64,000 nt of DNA from Thermoplasmata archaeon. GTDB lineage: Archaea > Thermoplasmatota > Thermoplasmata > Lutacidiplasmatales > UBA184. The notes beneath the pieces were generated by a model. The model was not told the origin of the DNA, did no database searches, and was given only the letters and a program-made list of their open reading frames with translations. The first letter of the stretch is position 1; each line of letters starts with the position of its first letter. The stretch lies in assembly GCA_027314165.1 (NCBI GenBank), contig DAHVCH010000004.1, forward strand, positions 75,784-139,783, read 5' to 3'. Below are positions 1 through 9,234 of this stretch, one piece after another. A program made the translations under genes and the position numbers.

Positions 1-1
1 G

Positions 2-1534
2 ATGGACATCCATGCTGCGGATCCTCCCCGCGAGCGCCCAGCTCTGGGCCGGGGCCCCGACCTGGGCCGCGGCAGGGAGGGACGAAGAGGTCGCGGCGCC
101 CGGGGCCTGGGCCCCCAAGGGCGCACCCGCGCCGGGGGTCGGGGCCCGCAGCGCGGCCACGACGCCCACGGCAGCATAGGTGAGAAGCTCGGCGGAGTAC
201 CCCTTCGAGCGTCCGCTCAGGTACTCCTTGAACACCTGCGGGAAGATCGCGTAGGAGAGGACCTCCTCCTCCGACGCGGCCGGGAGGAGCTGGGCGAGCT
301 CGCCGCGGACCTTCTCGTACTCCGGAGAGAGGAGGTCCGCCGGCCGTCCCTCAAGGGGCCTCCCCCCGTCCAGGACCTTCCGCTGAAGGTCCGAGGACAT
401 CGGCCCCGGAGCGTGCCCGTAGAGGCCCTTCACGTAGTCGCGGACCTCCTTCGTGATCTCCTTGTAGCGCGAACCGAGGAGCACGTTGAAGACCGCCTGG
501 ATCCCCACGATCTGGCTCGTGGGGGTGACGAGCGGGGGATAGCCCAGGTCCTCCCGGACCCGCGGGACCTCCTTCAGCACTTCCGGGAGCCGTTGGAGCG
601 CGTCCTGTTCCCGGAGCTGGGAGAAGAGGTTCGAGAGCATGCCCCCGGGGACCTGGTGAAGCAGCACCTGCGGGTCCACCTGCAGCGAACGGAACTCCAG
701 CATCGGCCGGTAGTGCTCGAGGACCCCCTGGAAGTACTCGGCCAGGTCGGCGAGGGGCTCCAGGGAGAGCCCGGTGGCGTAGGGGGTCCCCCGAAGTCCA
801 CCGACGACGGACTCGGTCGGAGGCTGGGAGGTCCCGCCGCCGAAGGGGGAGAGCGCGGTGTCGAGCGAGGTCGCCCCCGCCTCCGCGCTGGCGAAGAGGG
901 CCATGAGCGCCATGCCGCTCGAGGAGTGCGTGTGGACCGCGATCGGCAGCCCGACCTCCTTGCGGAGCGCGGAGACCAGCGCGCTCGCGGCGTGAGGGGG
1001 CATGAACCCCCCCATGTCCTTCACGCAGAGCTCGTCCGAGCCCAGCTCCGCGAGCGTCCGGCCAAGCTCGACAAAGGCCTCGAGCGTGTGCACCGGGCTC
1101 TCGGTGTAGCAGATGGTCCCCTGGACCCGCCCCCCGGCCTTCTTGATGGCCCGGATGGCGGTCTGCATGTTCCGGGGGTCGTTGAGCGCGTCGAAGACCC
1201 GGAAGATGTCGACCCCTTCCGTCGCCGCGCGCGCGCAGAAGCGCTCGACGAGGTCGTCGGAATAGTGTCGGTACCCCACGAGGTTCTGGCCCCGCAGGAG
1301 CATCTGGAGGGGTGTGCGCTTCGCTCGCCTCTTGATCTCGCGCAGCCGCTCCCAGGGGTCCTCGTGGAGAAAGCGCAGGCAGACGTCGAAGGTGGCCCCC
1401 CCCCAGACCTCGAGGGACCGGTAGCCCACCGCGTCCAGGCGCTCGACGGCGGGGAGCATGTGCCGGGTGCGCATCCGCGTCGCGATGAGCGACTGGTGAC
1501 CGTCCCTGAGGACGGTCTCGGTGAGCTCGACCAT
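2..1534 (-). CDS. Carboxyltransferase 5S subunit (oxaloacetate decarboxylase alpha / pyruvate carboxylase subunit B family); C-terminal end cut by window edge
   Basis: Not in the ORF track because there is no stop inside the window. My translation from ATG 1534 reads MVELTETVLRDGHQSLIATRMRTRHMLPAVERLDAVGYRSLEVWGGATFDVCLRFLHEDPWERLREIK..., and later ...EEEVLSYAIFPQVFKEYL. These match carboxyltransferase TIM-barrel signatures (LRDGHQS, EVWGGATFD). There is no in-frame ATG/GTG/TTG between 1535 and 1762. Confidence 0.85.
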   Translation of the reverse strand, partial: MVELTETVLRDGHQSLIATRMRTRHMLPAVERLDAVGYRSLEVWGGATFDVCLRFLHEDPWERLREIKRRAKRTPLQMLLRGQNLVGYRHYSDDLVERFCARAATEGVDIFRVFDALNDPRNMQTAIRAIKKAGGRVQGTICYTESPVHTLEAFVELGRTLAELGSDELCVKDMGGFMPPHAASALVSALRKEVGLPIAVHTHSSSGMALMALFASAEAGATSLDTALSPFGGGTSQPPTESVVGGLRGTPYATGLSLEPLADLAEYFQGVLEHYRPMLEFRSLQVDPQVLLHQVPGGMLSNLFSQLREQDALQRLPEVLKEVPRVREDLGYPPLVTPTSQIVGIQAVFNVLLGSRYKEITKEVRDYVKGLYGHAPGPMSSDLQRKVLDGGRPLEGRPADLLSPEYEKVRGELAQLLPAASEEEVLSYAIFPQVFKEYLSGRSKGYSAELLTYAAVGVVAALRAPTPGAGAPLGAQAPGAATSSSLPAAAQVGAPAQSWALAGRIRSMDVH

Positions 1535-1762
1535 TCGGACGGCGGGGGGTTGGGCGGCGCCCGATATGTCCTTTGCTCGAAGGACCTCGAGGGTATCGCG
1601 GCCACGCGAGGACCTCCCGCTCTGGGAAGGAGACGAGGAGGACGCGGGAGAGAAGGCCGCGCGAGGAGAGTGGGCGGGCCCAAGCGGGCCGAACGCGGGC
1701 GATCGTACGGCCCGCGGAGGGCGGGAGGGGCCACCTACGGGCCCCGTCGCCGATCGGTGAGC

Positions 1763-3412
1763 TCAGAGCGGGATGTTGCCGTGCTTCTTGGGCGGGCGGT
1801 CCTGGCGCTTGCCGCGCAGGACCTCCAGCGCGTCCAGGAGGCGCCGGCGGGTCTCTGAGGGCTCGATGACATCGTCCAGATAGCCCCGCTCCGCCGCGAG
1901 GTAGGGGTTGAGGAACTCGGAGGCGTACTCTTCCGTGAGCCGGCGGCGCTTCGCCTCGCGCTCCTCCGGGGGGGCCTTGTCGATGTCGCGGCGGAAGAGG
2001 ATGTTGACCGCCCCCTCCGCCCCCATCACGGCGATCTCCGCCTGGGGCCAGGCGACGTTGTAGTCGCCGCCGATGTGCTTCGAGCACATGACGTCGTACG
2101 CCCCCCCGTAGGCCTTGCGCGGGATCACGGTCAGCTTCGGGACCGTCGCCTCGGAGAAGGCGAAGAGGAGCTTCGCCCCGTGACGGATGATCCCCCCGTA
2201 CTCCTGCTGGGTCCCCGGCAGGAAGCCCGGGACGTCCACGAAGGTGAGGAGGGGGACGTTGAAGGCGTCCATCGTCCGGACGAAGCGCGCCCCCTTCTCC
2301 GACGCCCCGATGTCCAGGCAGCCGGCGAGCACGCTCGGCTGGTTCGCGACCACGCCGACGGGGTGGCCCCCCAGACGGGCGAACTCGGTGATCAGGTTCG
2401 GGGCCCACTCGGGGAAGATCTCGAGCGTGCTGCCCGGGTCGACGACCCGGCCGATGACCTCGTGCATGTCGTAGGGGCGGTCCGCCTGGGCGGGGACCAG
2501 TCCCTCGAGCTCGCCCGCGGCCGCTCCGGGCGGGTCGGCGGGAGAGGAGGTCGGCGGGTCCTCCAGGTTGTTGGAGGGCAGGTAGGAGAGCAGACGCCGG
2601 GTGAGGGCGAGCGCCTCCCGCTCGCTCGGGGCGACGAGGTGGGCGACCCCGCTCTTGGTCGCGTGGGTGTGCGCCCCGCCGAGCTGCTCGTGGGTGACCT
2701 CCTCGCCGGTGACGGTCCGGATCACGTCCGGTCCGGTGATGAACATGTGGGCCGTGCCCTCGGCCATGATGACGAAGTCCGTCATGGCGGGGGAGTAGAC
2801 CGCGCCCCCGGCGCAGGCGCCCAGGATGACGGAGATCTGCGGGACGACCCCGGAGTAGAGGACGTTCCGGTGGAAGACCTCCCCGTACCCGCCCAGGGAG
2901 ACGACGCCCTCCTGGATGCGGGCGCCTCCCGAGTCGTTGAGCCCCACGACCGCGGCGCCGACCTTGGCCGCGAACTCCATGATCTTCACGATCTTGCTCG
3001 CGTGGGCCTCGCCCAGGGCCCCCCCGAAGACCGTGGGGTCCTGGGCGAAGGCCGCGACGACGCGGCCGTCGATGCGGCCCCAGCCGGTGACCACGCCGTC
3101 GCCGGGGATCCTCTTCTCCGCGAGACCGAAGGAAGTGATGCGGTGCGTGACGAACGGGTCGATCTCCACGAAGGTCCCGGCGTCGAAGAGGAGCTCCAGT
3201 CGCTCGCGGGCCATCAGGCGGCCCTGGGACCGAAGCTTCTCCGCCCGGTCCTTCCCGCCGCCCTGCCGCACCTTCTGGAGCTCCCGGTCGTAGCGCTCCC
3301 GGGGCGAGGGGCGGGGCCCGTGCGTCGGAGCGGGGGAGTGACCCCCCGTTCGGGTCGGGGACTTGGCTTGGGCCTTTTCCTCAGCGGGTGGGACGGGGGA
3401 CGGTGGGGTCAT
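1763..3412 (-). CDS. Acyl-CoA carboxylase carboxyltransferase, 12S type (propionyl-CoA carboxylase beta / methylmalonyl-CoA decarboxylase alpha family)
   Basis: The 549-aa track ORF contains RLMARERLELLFDAGTFVEIDPF, GDGVVTGWGRIDGRVVAAFAQDPTVFGGALGEAHASKI, and a second CoA-carboxyltransferase half (PLLTFVDVPGFLPGTQQEYGGIIRHGAKLL). The ATG at 3412 overlaps the birA stop by 4 nt. Confidence 0.9.
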   Translation of the reverse strand: MTPPSPVPPAEEKAQAKSPTRTGGHSPAPTHGPRPSPRERYDRELQKVRQGGGKDRAEKLRSQGRLMARERLELLFDAGTFVEIDPFVTHRITSFGLAEKRIPGDGVVTGWGRIDGRVVAAFAQDPTVFGGALGEAHASKIVKIMEFAAKVGAAVVGLNDSGGARIQEGVVSLGGYGEVFHRNVLYSGVVPQISVILGACAGGAVYSPAMTDFVIMAEGTAHMFITGPDVIRTVTGEEVTHEQLGGAHTHATKSGVAHLVAPSEREALALTRRLLSYLPSNNLEDPPTSSPADPPGAAAGELEGLVPAQADRPYDMHEVIGRVVDPGSTLEIFPEWAPNLITEFARLGGHPVGVVANQPSVLAGCLDIGASEKGARFVRTMDAFNVPLLTFVDVPGFLPGTQQEYGGIIRHGAKLLFAFSEATVPKLTVIPRKAYGGAYDVMCSKHIGGDYNVAWPQAEIAVMGAEGAVNILFRRDIDKAPPEEREAKRRRLTEEYASEFLNPYLAAERGYLDDVIEPSETRRRLLDALEVLRGKRQDRPPKKHGNIPL

Positions 3413-4158
3413 GGGACCTCGATCAAGAGCTCACCGGCGCGGACGGACCGGGGCGGCCCGCCGTCCTCAAGCTGGACCAGGGCCTCCCCTTCCTGTCCGA
3501 TCCCTTGGAAGGTGCCCCGCGATCCCTCGACGGTGACCTCGGAGCCTACCCCGAAGAGATGGGGCTGGAGCGCGCTGGGCAGCCCCTCCCGACCCTCGGG
3601 GGTGGAGACCAGGCTGCAAGCGCGAACGACCGCGTCTACCACCGACTCCCCGAGCTCCGCCGGGACCAGTCGACGGTCGGAGAACTCCTGGAGGGAGGCG
3701 ACCTGCGCCTGGAGCTCCGGTGGGAAGTCGTTCCGGTTGCAGTCGACGTTCAGCCCCACGCCCACCACGGCGAAGGCGCTGATCCCGGGACGGGTAATGA
3801 TGTCGGTCAGGACGCCTCCGGTCTTCCGCGTGACCGAGGTGCCCTCGGCGGGAGCGAGCAGGAGGTCGTTGGGCCACTTCACGACCAGTCGGGCCTTCGG
3901 GGCGAGCGGGGAGAGCGCCCGTTTGAGCTCCAGCCCGACGGCGAGCGACAGCAGGGGGAACGCGGTGGGCTCCGGCCGCAGGACGACCGAGGTGTACAGC
4001 CCGCCCTTGGGGGAGACCCAGGTCCGGCCCTCCCTGCCGTGGCCCAGGAGCTGGCTCTCGGCGGTCACCGCCGTGCCGTGGGGAGCACCCTCCTTCGCGA
4101 GGCGGACCGCGACCTCCTGGGTCGAGCTCACCACGCTGTAGGAGATGGTTCTGGGCAA
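3409..4158 (-). CDS. birA: Biotin--protein ligase (BirA catalytic core, no obvious N-terminal HTH)
   Basis: The C-terminal 250 codons of track ORF 3409..4926 match BPL/LplA-family features: GHGREGRTWVSPKGGLYTSVVLRP, KWPNDLLL and GVLTDI. I place the start at TTG 4158, which is preceded by GGAGGGAGG 3 nt upstream. The longer track ORF would run through the divergent ogt gene. Confidence 0.75.
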   Translation of the reverse strand: MPRTISYSVVSSTQEVAVRLAKEGAPHGTAVTAESQLLGHGREGRTWVSPKGGLYTSVVLRPEPTAFPLLSLAVGLELKRALSPLAPKARLVVKWPNDLLLAPAEGTSVTRKTGGVLTDIITRPGISAFAVVGVGLNVDCNRNDFPPELQAQVASLQEFSDRRLVPAELGESVVDAVVRACSLVSTPEGREGLPSALQPHLFGVGSEVTVEGSRGTFQGIGQEGEALVQLEDGGPPRSVRAGELLIEVP

Positions 4159-4171
4159 CGCCTCCCTCCGA

Positions 4172-4204
4172 CCGATAGCTTTAGTCGAGTCCGAACATAA
4201 AGGG
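4172..4204. promoter_or_regulatory. Divergent promoter region between birA and ogt (two TATA-like boxes)
   Basis: This is the only AT-richer stretch locally. ACATAAAGGG (4195-4204) lies about 25 nt before the ogt ATG at 4225. The minus-strand box ACTAAAGC (forward 4178-4185) lies about 23 nt before the birA TTG at 4158. Confidence 0.4.
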
Positions 4205-4224
4205 TCCACCGCACTCCATCGACC

Positions 4225-4845
4225 ATGTCGCGCACTAAGCTCCGGGTCCCCGAGGAGGTGACCTCCCTCCGCCTGGCCGACGTCCGCAGCCCGATCGGGA
4301 CGTTCCGTGTCGGCTTCGAGGGGCGGAAGGTGGCCTTCGTCGACCTGATGGAGCACGGGATGGAGCGGGCGGGGCCCTCCGGAGGAGCGAAGGTCGAGCG
4401 CGGCCCGTTCTCGAACTCCTCGCCCCCCGGGCAGCTCCGGGAGTACTTCGAGGGAGCGCGGAGGAACTTCGACGTCGAACTCGCGTTCCTCGCCGGGAGC
4501 GACTTCGACCGCAAGGTCTGGTTCGGTCTTCACCAGATCCCGTTCGGGAGCTACCGTACGTACGGGGAGGTGGCCCGGCGCATCGGCCAGCCGAACGCGG
4601 CCCGCGCCGTGGGGGGCGCGGCCCACCGCAATCCGATCCCGATCATCGTGCCGTGCCACCGGCTCGTGGGACACGACCGGTCCCTCACCGGCTTCGGCCT
4701 CGGCCTCTGGAGGAAGCAGTGGTTGCTGCGGCACGAGGGGAGCTACCCGCTCCCCGCGCCCTCCGCGGTCCCGCCCCGACGCCGGGGACGGCAGTCCACG
4801 CTGGAGGAGAGCCTCCGCGGGAAAGCGCGAAAGGCCCGAAGCTGA
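4225..4845 (+). CDS. ogt: Methylated-DNA--protein-cysteine methyltransferase (O6-alkylguanine transferase)
   Basis: The 206-aa ORF carries the active-site motif IVPCHRLV, preceded by YGEVARRIGQPNAARAVGGAAHRNPIPI, the canonical Ogt/MGMT C-terminal domain. Confidence 0.85.
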   Translation: MSRTKLRVPEEVTSLRLADVRSPIGTFRVGFEGRKVAFVDLMEHGMERAGPSGGAKVERGPFSNSSPPGQLREYFEGARRNFDVELAFLAGSDFDRKVWFGLHQIPFGSYRTYGEVARRIGQPNAARAVGGAAHRNPIPIIVPCHRLVGHDRSLTGFGLGLWRKQWLLRHEGSYPLPAPSAVPPRRRGRQSTLEESLRGKARKARS

Positions 4846-5004
4846 GGACCGCGACGGGTCCGTACCCGGCCCAGGCCGGAAAGCCCGTCCGGGCTCAGCT
4901 CCAGGTTCGGGCCCTGGCTGGCGCACGCACGCTCGCTCGCCAGGGAACGGATGGACGACCGACGGCCGGCGGGAGGGGGAGGGCCCTGGGAAGGGCCCGC
5001 CCGC

Positions 5005-7209
5005 CTAACCCGCGTAGTAGGAGGCGTCGTACGGCTCGGGCTTGAGCCCGCGGCGCGTGCGCACCTCTCCGACGATCTTCTCCTGCAGTTCACGCGGCAG
5101 TCGCTCGTACCCGTAGGTCTCGGTGCTCCAGAGCACCTTGCCCGCGGTCGCGCTGCGGAGGTCGCTTGCGAATCCGAAGAGCTCGCCCACCGGGACCTTG
5201 GCCACGATGGTGTTGAGGTCTCCGACCTGGGTCATGTCGATGATCTCGCCGCGTCGGCGCTGCATTTCGCGCGTCGCGCCAGCGAGCACCTCCTGCGGGA
5301 CGTTGACCGTGACCTTGCTGATGGGTTCCATGAGCACGCGACCGGCGGTGCACATGGACCCGTAGATCGCCGACCGCACGGCCGGGATCGTCTGGCCCGG
5401 TCCGCGGTGGATCGAGTCCTCGTGGAGCTTCGCATCGACCAGGCGCACCAGGAGCCCCCGGCACTTCTCCGCCGCGAGCGGGCCCCGGTCCATGGCCTCC
5501 TTGAAGGCGTCGATGACCAGGTCCATCGTCTCGTGGAGGTTCTGGATACCCTTCGTCGCGTCGAACAGGATGTTCGTGTCCTGGACGGCGGTGATGCCCT
5601 TCGCCTCGTCGCGGTCGATGCCCAGGTCGACCAACTTCTGGACGACCGTTTTGATGTCCTTGAAGGACTTCCCCTGGTGGATCTCGCCCTCCTGGATCGC
5701 CTTCACGACGGCCTCGGGGAGCGGCTCGGCCTCGATGTAGAAGCGGTTGTGCTTGTTGGGCGACTTCCCCTCGAAGGCGTTCGGGGTCTTCCCGCCCACG
5801 GTCTCGCGGTAGACGACGATGGGTGGGGAGGCCGTGATGTCGACGTGGTAGTCGTTGGTGATCCGGAACTGGGTGATCTCCAGGTGGAGCTCGCCCATCC
5901 CCGAGAGCAGGTGCTCGCCCGTCTCGTTGTTGATCTCGACCCGGAGCGAGGCGTCCTCCTTGGCCACCTTCCGCATCGTCTCGATGAGCTTCGGCAGGTC
6001 GCCCATGTGCTTGGGCTCGATGGCCACCGTGACCACCGGCTCGCTCACGTGCCGGATCTCCTCGAACTCGACCATGTCGGGGTCGGTGGAGATCGTCGAG
6101 CCGACGAAGGCGTCGGTGAGACCGATGACCGCGGCGATGTTCCCCGCCGTCACCTCCTCGACCATGAGCCGCTCGGGGCCCATGAAGAGCGAGACGTGCT
6201 GGATGCGGTTCCTCGACTTGGTCCCGACGATGGCGACCTCGGTCCCCTTGGCGACCCGGCCGGAGAACACGCGACCCGTCGCGATCTCTCCTGCGTTCGG
6301 GTCCATCGTGATGTCGGTGATCATGAAGGCGAGCGGGCCCTCGGGGTCGCAGTCCATCTCGGCCTTGCCCACCCGGCTCTCGAGCGAGCCCTTCCAGATG
6401 TGCGGGATCCGGTAGCGCTGCGCATCGACCGGGTTCGGCAGATGCTTCACGACCATGTCGAAGACGACGTCGTTGATGATGGCCTTCGAGGCCAGCTCCT
6501 TGCCGCGGCCCTCGTTGACCATGTCGACGATCCAGGGGAACTTGATCCCGGTACGCTGCATGTACGGGACGGAGATCGCCCAGTTGTCGTGCCCGCTGCC
6601 GAAGGCGACGGTCCCGTTCGTCGGGTTGACCATCCACTTCTCGACGAACTCGTCCGGCGCCATGCGTCGGATGAGCTCGTTGACCTCGGTGATGATGTTG
6701 GCGAAGCGCTTCTGCATCGCATCCGGGGTGAGCTTGAGCTCGCGGATGGCCCGGTCGACCTTGTTGATGAACAGGATCGGCTTCACCTTCTCGCGCAGCG
6801 CCTGCCGGAGCACGGTCTCCGTCTGGGCCATGACGCCCTCGACGGCGCACACGAGCACCACCGCGCCGTCGACCGCGCGCATGGCGCGCGTGACGTCGCC
6901 GCCGAAGTCGACGTGCCCGGGGGTATCGATGAGGTTGATCAGGTACCTCTTGCCATCGTACTCGTGGACAATGGTCACATCGGCGTTGTTGATCGTGAGG
7001 AGACGCGCCTGCTCCTGCTCGTCGAAGTTGAGGTAGAGCTGCTTGCCCGCGAGCTCCTCGCTGATCATCCCGGCGGCCGCGAGCAGGTTGTCCGAGAGGG
7101 TCGTCTTGCCGTGGTGGATGTGGGCGACGATCCCGATGTTCCGGATGTTCTCCCGGACGCGCATCATCTCGGGGATGGCCTTTGCGAGCTCGGCGCGGAT
7201 GTGTCCCAT
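5005..7209 (-). CDS. fusA: Translation elongation factor 2 (aEF-2)
   Basis: The 734-aa ORF has the G-domain AHIHHGKTTLSDNLL, DTPGHVDF and NKVDR motifs. The diphthamide-loop region reads HEDSIHRGPGQ. The length is typical, so there is no intein. Confidence 0.97.
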   Translation of the reverse strand: MGHIRAELAKAIPEMMRVRENIRNIGIVAHIHHGKTTLSDNLLAAAGMISEELAGKQLYLNFDEQEQARLLTINNADVTIVHEYDGKRYLINLIDTPGHVDFGGDVTRAMRAVDGAVVLVCAVEGVMAQTETVLRQALREKVKPILFINKVDRAIRELKLTPDAMQKRFANIITEVNELIRRMAPDEFVEKWMVNPTNGTVAFGSGHDNWAISVPYMQRTGIKFPWIVDMVNEGRGKELASKAIINDVVFDMVVKHLPNPVDAQRYRIPHIWKGSLESRVGKAEMDCDPEGPLAFMITDITMDPNAGEIATGRVFSGRVAKGTEVAIVGTKSRNRIQHVSLFMGPERLMVEEVTAGNIAAVIGLTDAFVGSTISTDPDMVEFEEIRHVSEPVVTVAIEPKHMGDLPKLIETMRKVAKEDASLRVEINNETGEHLLSGMGELHLEITQFRITNDYHVDITASPPIVVYRETVGGKTPNAFEGKSPNKHNRFYIEAEPLPEAVVKAIQEGEIHQGKSFKDIKTVVQKLVDLGIDRDEAKGITAVQDTNILFDATKGIQNLHETMDLVIDAFKEAMDRGPLAAEKCRGLLVRLVDAKLHEDSIHRGPGQTIPAVRSAIYGSMCTAGRVLMEPISKVTVNVPQEVLAGATREMQRRRGEIIDMTQVGDLNTIVAKVPVGELFGFASDLRSATAGKVLWSTETYGYERLPRELQEKIVGEVRTRRGLKPEPYDASYYAG

Positions 7210-7254
7210 GTTCCCTCTACCTCTCTACGATGATTCCGGTCGCTCGCGACGGGC

Positions 7255-7968
7255 CTAACGGGCCGACTGGGCGACGCGCTCGACCTCTTCCTTCCGCGCT
7301 ACGGCGAAGGAAGTGGCGTCGGCCTTGGAAGCGAGAAGGATCTCCTTGGCGAGGGCGTCCGAGATCGAGACCCCGTGCCCCTTCTTGGCCTGGATGGCCC
7401 CCATGGCGAGGTTCCGCAGCGCCACCGCCGCCCGACGGGCAGGCGCGGAGTCGACGGCCCGGGGCACCGAGATGCCTCCGAACTGGAGACGGGTGACCTC
7501 CTCGCGGGGCGCGGAGTTCTCGATCGCATCGACCAGGAGCTGGAGCGGGTTGGCGTCCGGCTGCTTCGCCAGGATGGCGAGTGCGTCCCGGACGGTCTTG
7601 AGCGCCTTGGACTTCTTCCCCGTGAACTTCCCGGTCTTCATCAGGTCGTTCGCGAGGCGCTCGACGATGTGCATCCGCGACTTCGAGAACGGCTGCATCG
7701 CGAGCCGGCCCTCGGAGTGCGGCAGATAGACCGGGTCGAGGAAGAGGTAGTTCCGCAGGCCGGGGTCGTGGACCTCGACGCCCTCGAAGCTGAACTTGCC
7801 GAAGAGCGGAGGGAAGGGGAGCCTCGCCCGTGGCGGGGCCGCGGGGGCGCTCGTCGGGAGCACGGCCTCCTCGTCTCCAACCCCGGCGGCGTGGACGGCC
7901 GTGGGGGCGGGGGCTGCAGCGGGCGCCGGGGCGGGGGGCTTCTCCGACTTCTCCTCTTTCGGGCTCAT
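7255..7968 (-). CDS. rps7: 30S ribosomal protein S7 (uS7) with an A/P-rich N-terminal extension
   Basis: This is the C-terminal part of track ORF 7255..8481. From ATG 7968 it reads [10 protein letters not shown]...[23 protein letters not shown]...[26 protein letters not shown]. The ATG overlaps the S12 stop (ATGA). Confidence 0.9.
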   Translation of the reverse strand: MSPKEEKSEKPPAPAPAAAPAPTAVHAAGVGDEEAVLPTSAPAAPPRARLPFPPLFGKFSFEGVEVHDPGLRNYLFLDPVYLPHSEGRLAMQPFSKSRMHIVERLANDLMKTGKFTGKKSKALKTVRDALAILAKQPDANPLQLLVDAIENSAPREEVTRLQFGGISVPRAVDSAPARRAAVALRNLAMGAIQAKKGHGVSISDALAKEILLASKADATSFAVARKEEVERVAQSAR

Positions 7969-8405
7969 CGTTGCGGCTTCTCCTTCCGGCCTCGGACCAG
8001 CTCGTCCAGGGAGACGTTGTTGACCTTGATGACCTTGTAGCGGACCCCGGGAATGTCCCCGTAGGACCGGCCCATGCGCCCGCCGATGCCCTCGACCAGG
8101 ACCTCGTCGTGCTCGTCGATGAAGTTGATGGCCCCGTCGCCCACCGCGAAGGCGGTGACCTGACGGCCGTTCTTGATGAGCTGGACCTTGACGCACTTGC
8201 GGATGGCCGAATTGGGCTGCTTCGCTTCGACCCCGACCTTCTCGATGACGATGCCGCGGGCCTGAGGAGCTCCCTCGAGAGGGTCCGAGCGTTCCTTGAG
8301 GTGAAGTTCGCGTCGACTGTAGTACCGATCGGACCAGCGTCGCCGCTGCCGGAGATGGCGGAGCTTGCCCGCGGTGAACGAACCGGAAGGGGGTGGGGGG
8401 GTCAT
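7965..8405 (-). CDS. rps12: 30S ribosomal protein S12 (uS12)
   Basis: From ATG 8405 it reads [86 protein letters not shown]...GRKEKPQR. This is near-canonical archaeal S12. Confidence 0.93.
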   Translation of the reverse strand: MTPPPPSGSFTAGKLRHLRQRRRWSDRYYSRRELHLKERSDPLEGAPQARGIVIEKVGVEAKQPNSAIRKCVKVQLIKNGRQVTAFAVGDGAINFIDEHDEVLVEGIGGRMGRSYGDIPGVRYKVIKVNNVSLDELVRGRKEKPQR

Positions 8406-8443
8406 CGAGGTGCCCGTGAGGGGGTCGGGCCGACCGCAGGTCC

Positions 8444-8454
8444 CTATAAAATAG
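8444..8454 (-). promoter_or_regulatory. TATA box candidate for the S12-S7-EF2 operon
   Basis: CTATAAAATAG (minus strand CTATTTTATAG) is the strongest A/T element in the 8406-8541 spacer. It lies about 44 nt upstream of the S12 ATG, implying a short 5' UTR. Confidence 0.5.
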
Positions 8455-8541
8455 TGCCCCTTCGGACCGGGGGTTCCGCAACCACGGTGCGGCGCCGCGA
8501 GAGGGAGGAGAGGCTTAGCTTCAGGGCTGGCTCCCGCGTTC

Positions 8542-9234
8542 ATGCCTCTCGCACCCGTCCACCTCCCTCCTCGAGCGGACCCCTGGGAGACGCTCCTCCC
8601 TCGGATGCGGGAGTGCCGACAGTGCGCGCTCGCAGACGGGAGAGGCCGGGTGGTGGTCTACCGAGGTCCCCCGCACCCGTGGCTCCTCTTTGTCGGGGAG
8701 GCGCCGGGCCGGTCCGAGGACGAGGAGGGGATCCCCTTCGTCGGCCGTGCCGGCCGGATCCTCGAGGAGGCTGCCACCTCCTCCGGCCTGCGCGCCACCG
8801 AGTGGGGGGTCACCAACGTGATCATGTGCCGCCCGCCGAAGAACCAATTCGACCGACACGCCGCGCTCGCCTGCCGACCGTGGCTCGGTGCGAAGGTCGC
8901 CTCGCTCGCGCCCACGGTCCTAGTGACGCTGGGGGCGAACGCCCTCGAGTCGTTCCTGCCGGAGAAACTGCCGGTCTCCCAGGCCGCGGGTGTCCCGCAC
9001 GCCTGGGAGGGGCGCGTGCTGTTCCCCATGCTCCATCCCGCCGCGACCCTCCACTCCAAGGCGTTCGCGCAGCGGTGGAAGAAGGACTGGCAACGCCTGG
9101 GCGAGCTCCTGCCCTCCTGGCGCGGACCGAAGGACCTGGAGGGAGAGCAAACCCCTATCTCCCCGCCGGGGTCCGAGGGCCGTGGCGCGGTACGAGCTCT
9201 TCCTCCTGGGAGGATCCTACCGCCAGCACCCTGA
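8542..9234 (+). CDS. udg: Uracil-DNA glycosylase, family 4
   Basis: The 230-aa ORF carries the family-4 motifs [23 protein letters not shown] and HPAA, with cysteines CRQC...MCRPP...ACRP consistent with a 4Fe-4S UDG. Confidence 0.8.
   Translation: MPLAPVHLPPRADPWETLLPRMRECRQCALADGRGRVVVYRGPPHPWLLFVGEAPGRSEDEEGIPFVGRAGRILEEAATSSGLRATEWGVTNVIMCRPPKNQFDRHAALACRPWLGAKVASLAPTVLVTLGANALESFLPEKLPVSQAAGVPHAWEGRVLFPMLHPAATLHSKAFAQRWKKDWQRLGELLPSWRGPKDLEGEQTPISPPGSEGRGAVRALPPGRILPPAP

Noticed and set aside
4159-4926. N-terminal extensions of track ORFs beyond my start calls. Examples are birA to 4926, S7 to 8481, S12 to 8543, purM to 16257, rnhB from 32479, pdaD to 36625, rlmE to 41257, giant-1 to 45550 and giant-2 from 47456.
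   Set aside because: The extensions are non-conserved R/P/G-rich sequence. They often run through the neighbouring divergent gene or a promoter-like AT box. Conserved family N-termini begin near the internal starts chosen.
2-7233. Long track ORFs 2..1858(+), 351..2408(-), 2075..4141(+), 4951..7233(+) and 5090..6850(-) overlap the carboxyltransferase, birA and EF-2 genes.
   Set aside because: Their translations are R/G/P/A/H-rich low-complexity strings with no family resemblance. They lie antisense or out of frame to ORFs with unmistakable conserved motifs. Stop-codon scarcity in very GC-rich DNA explains their length.
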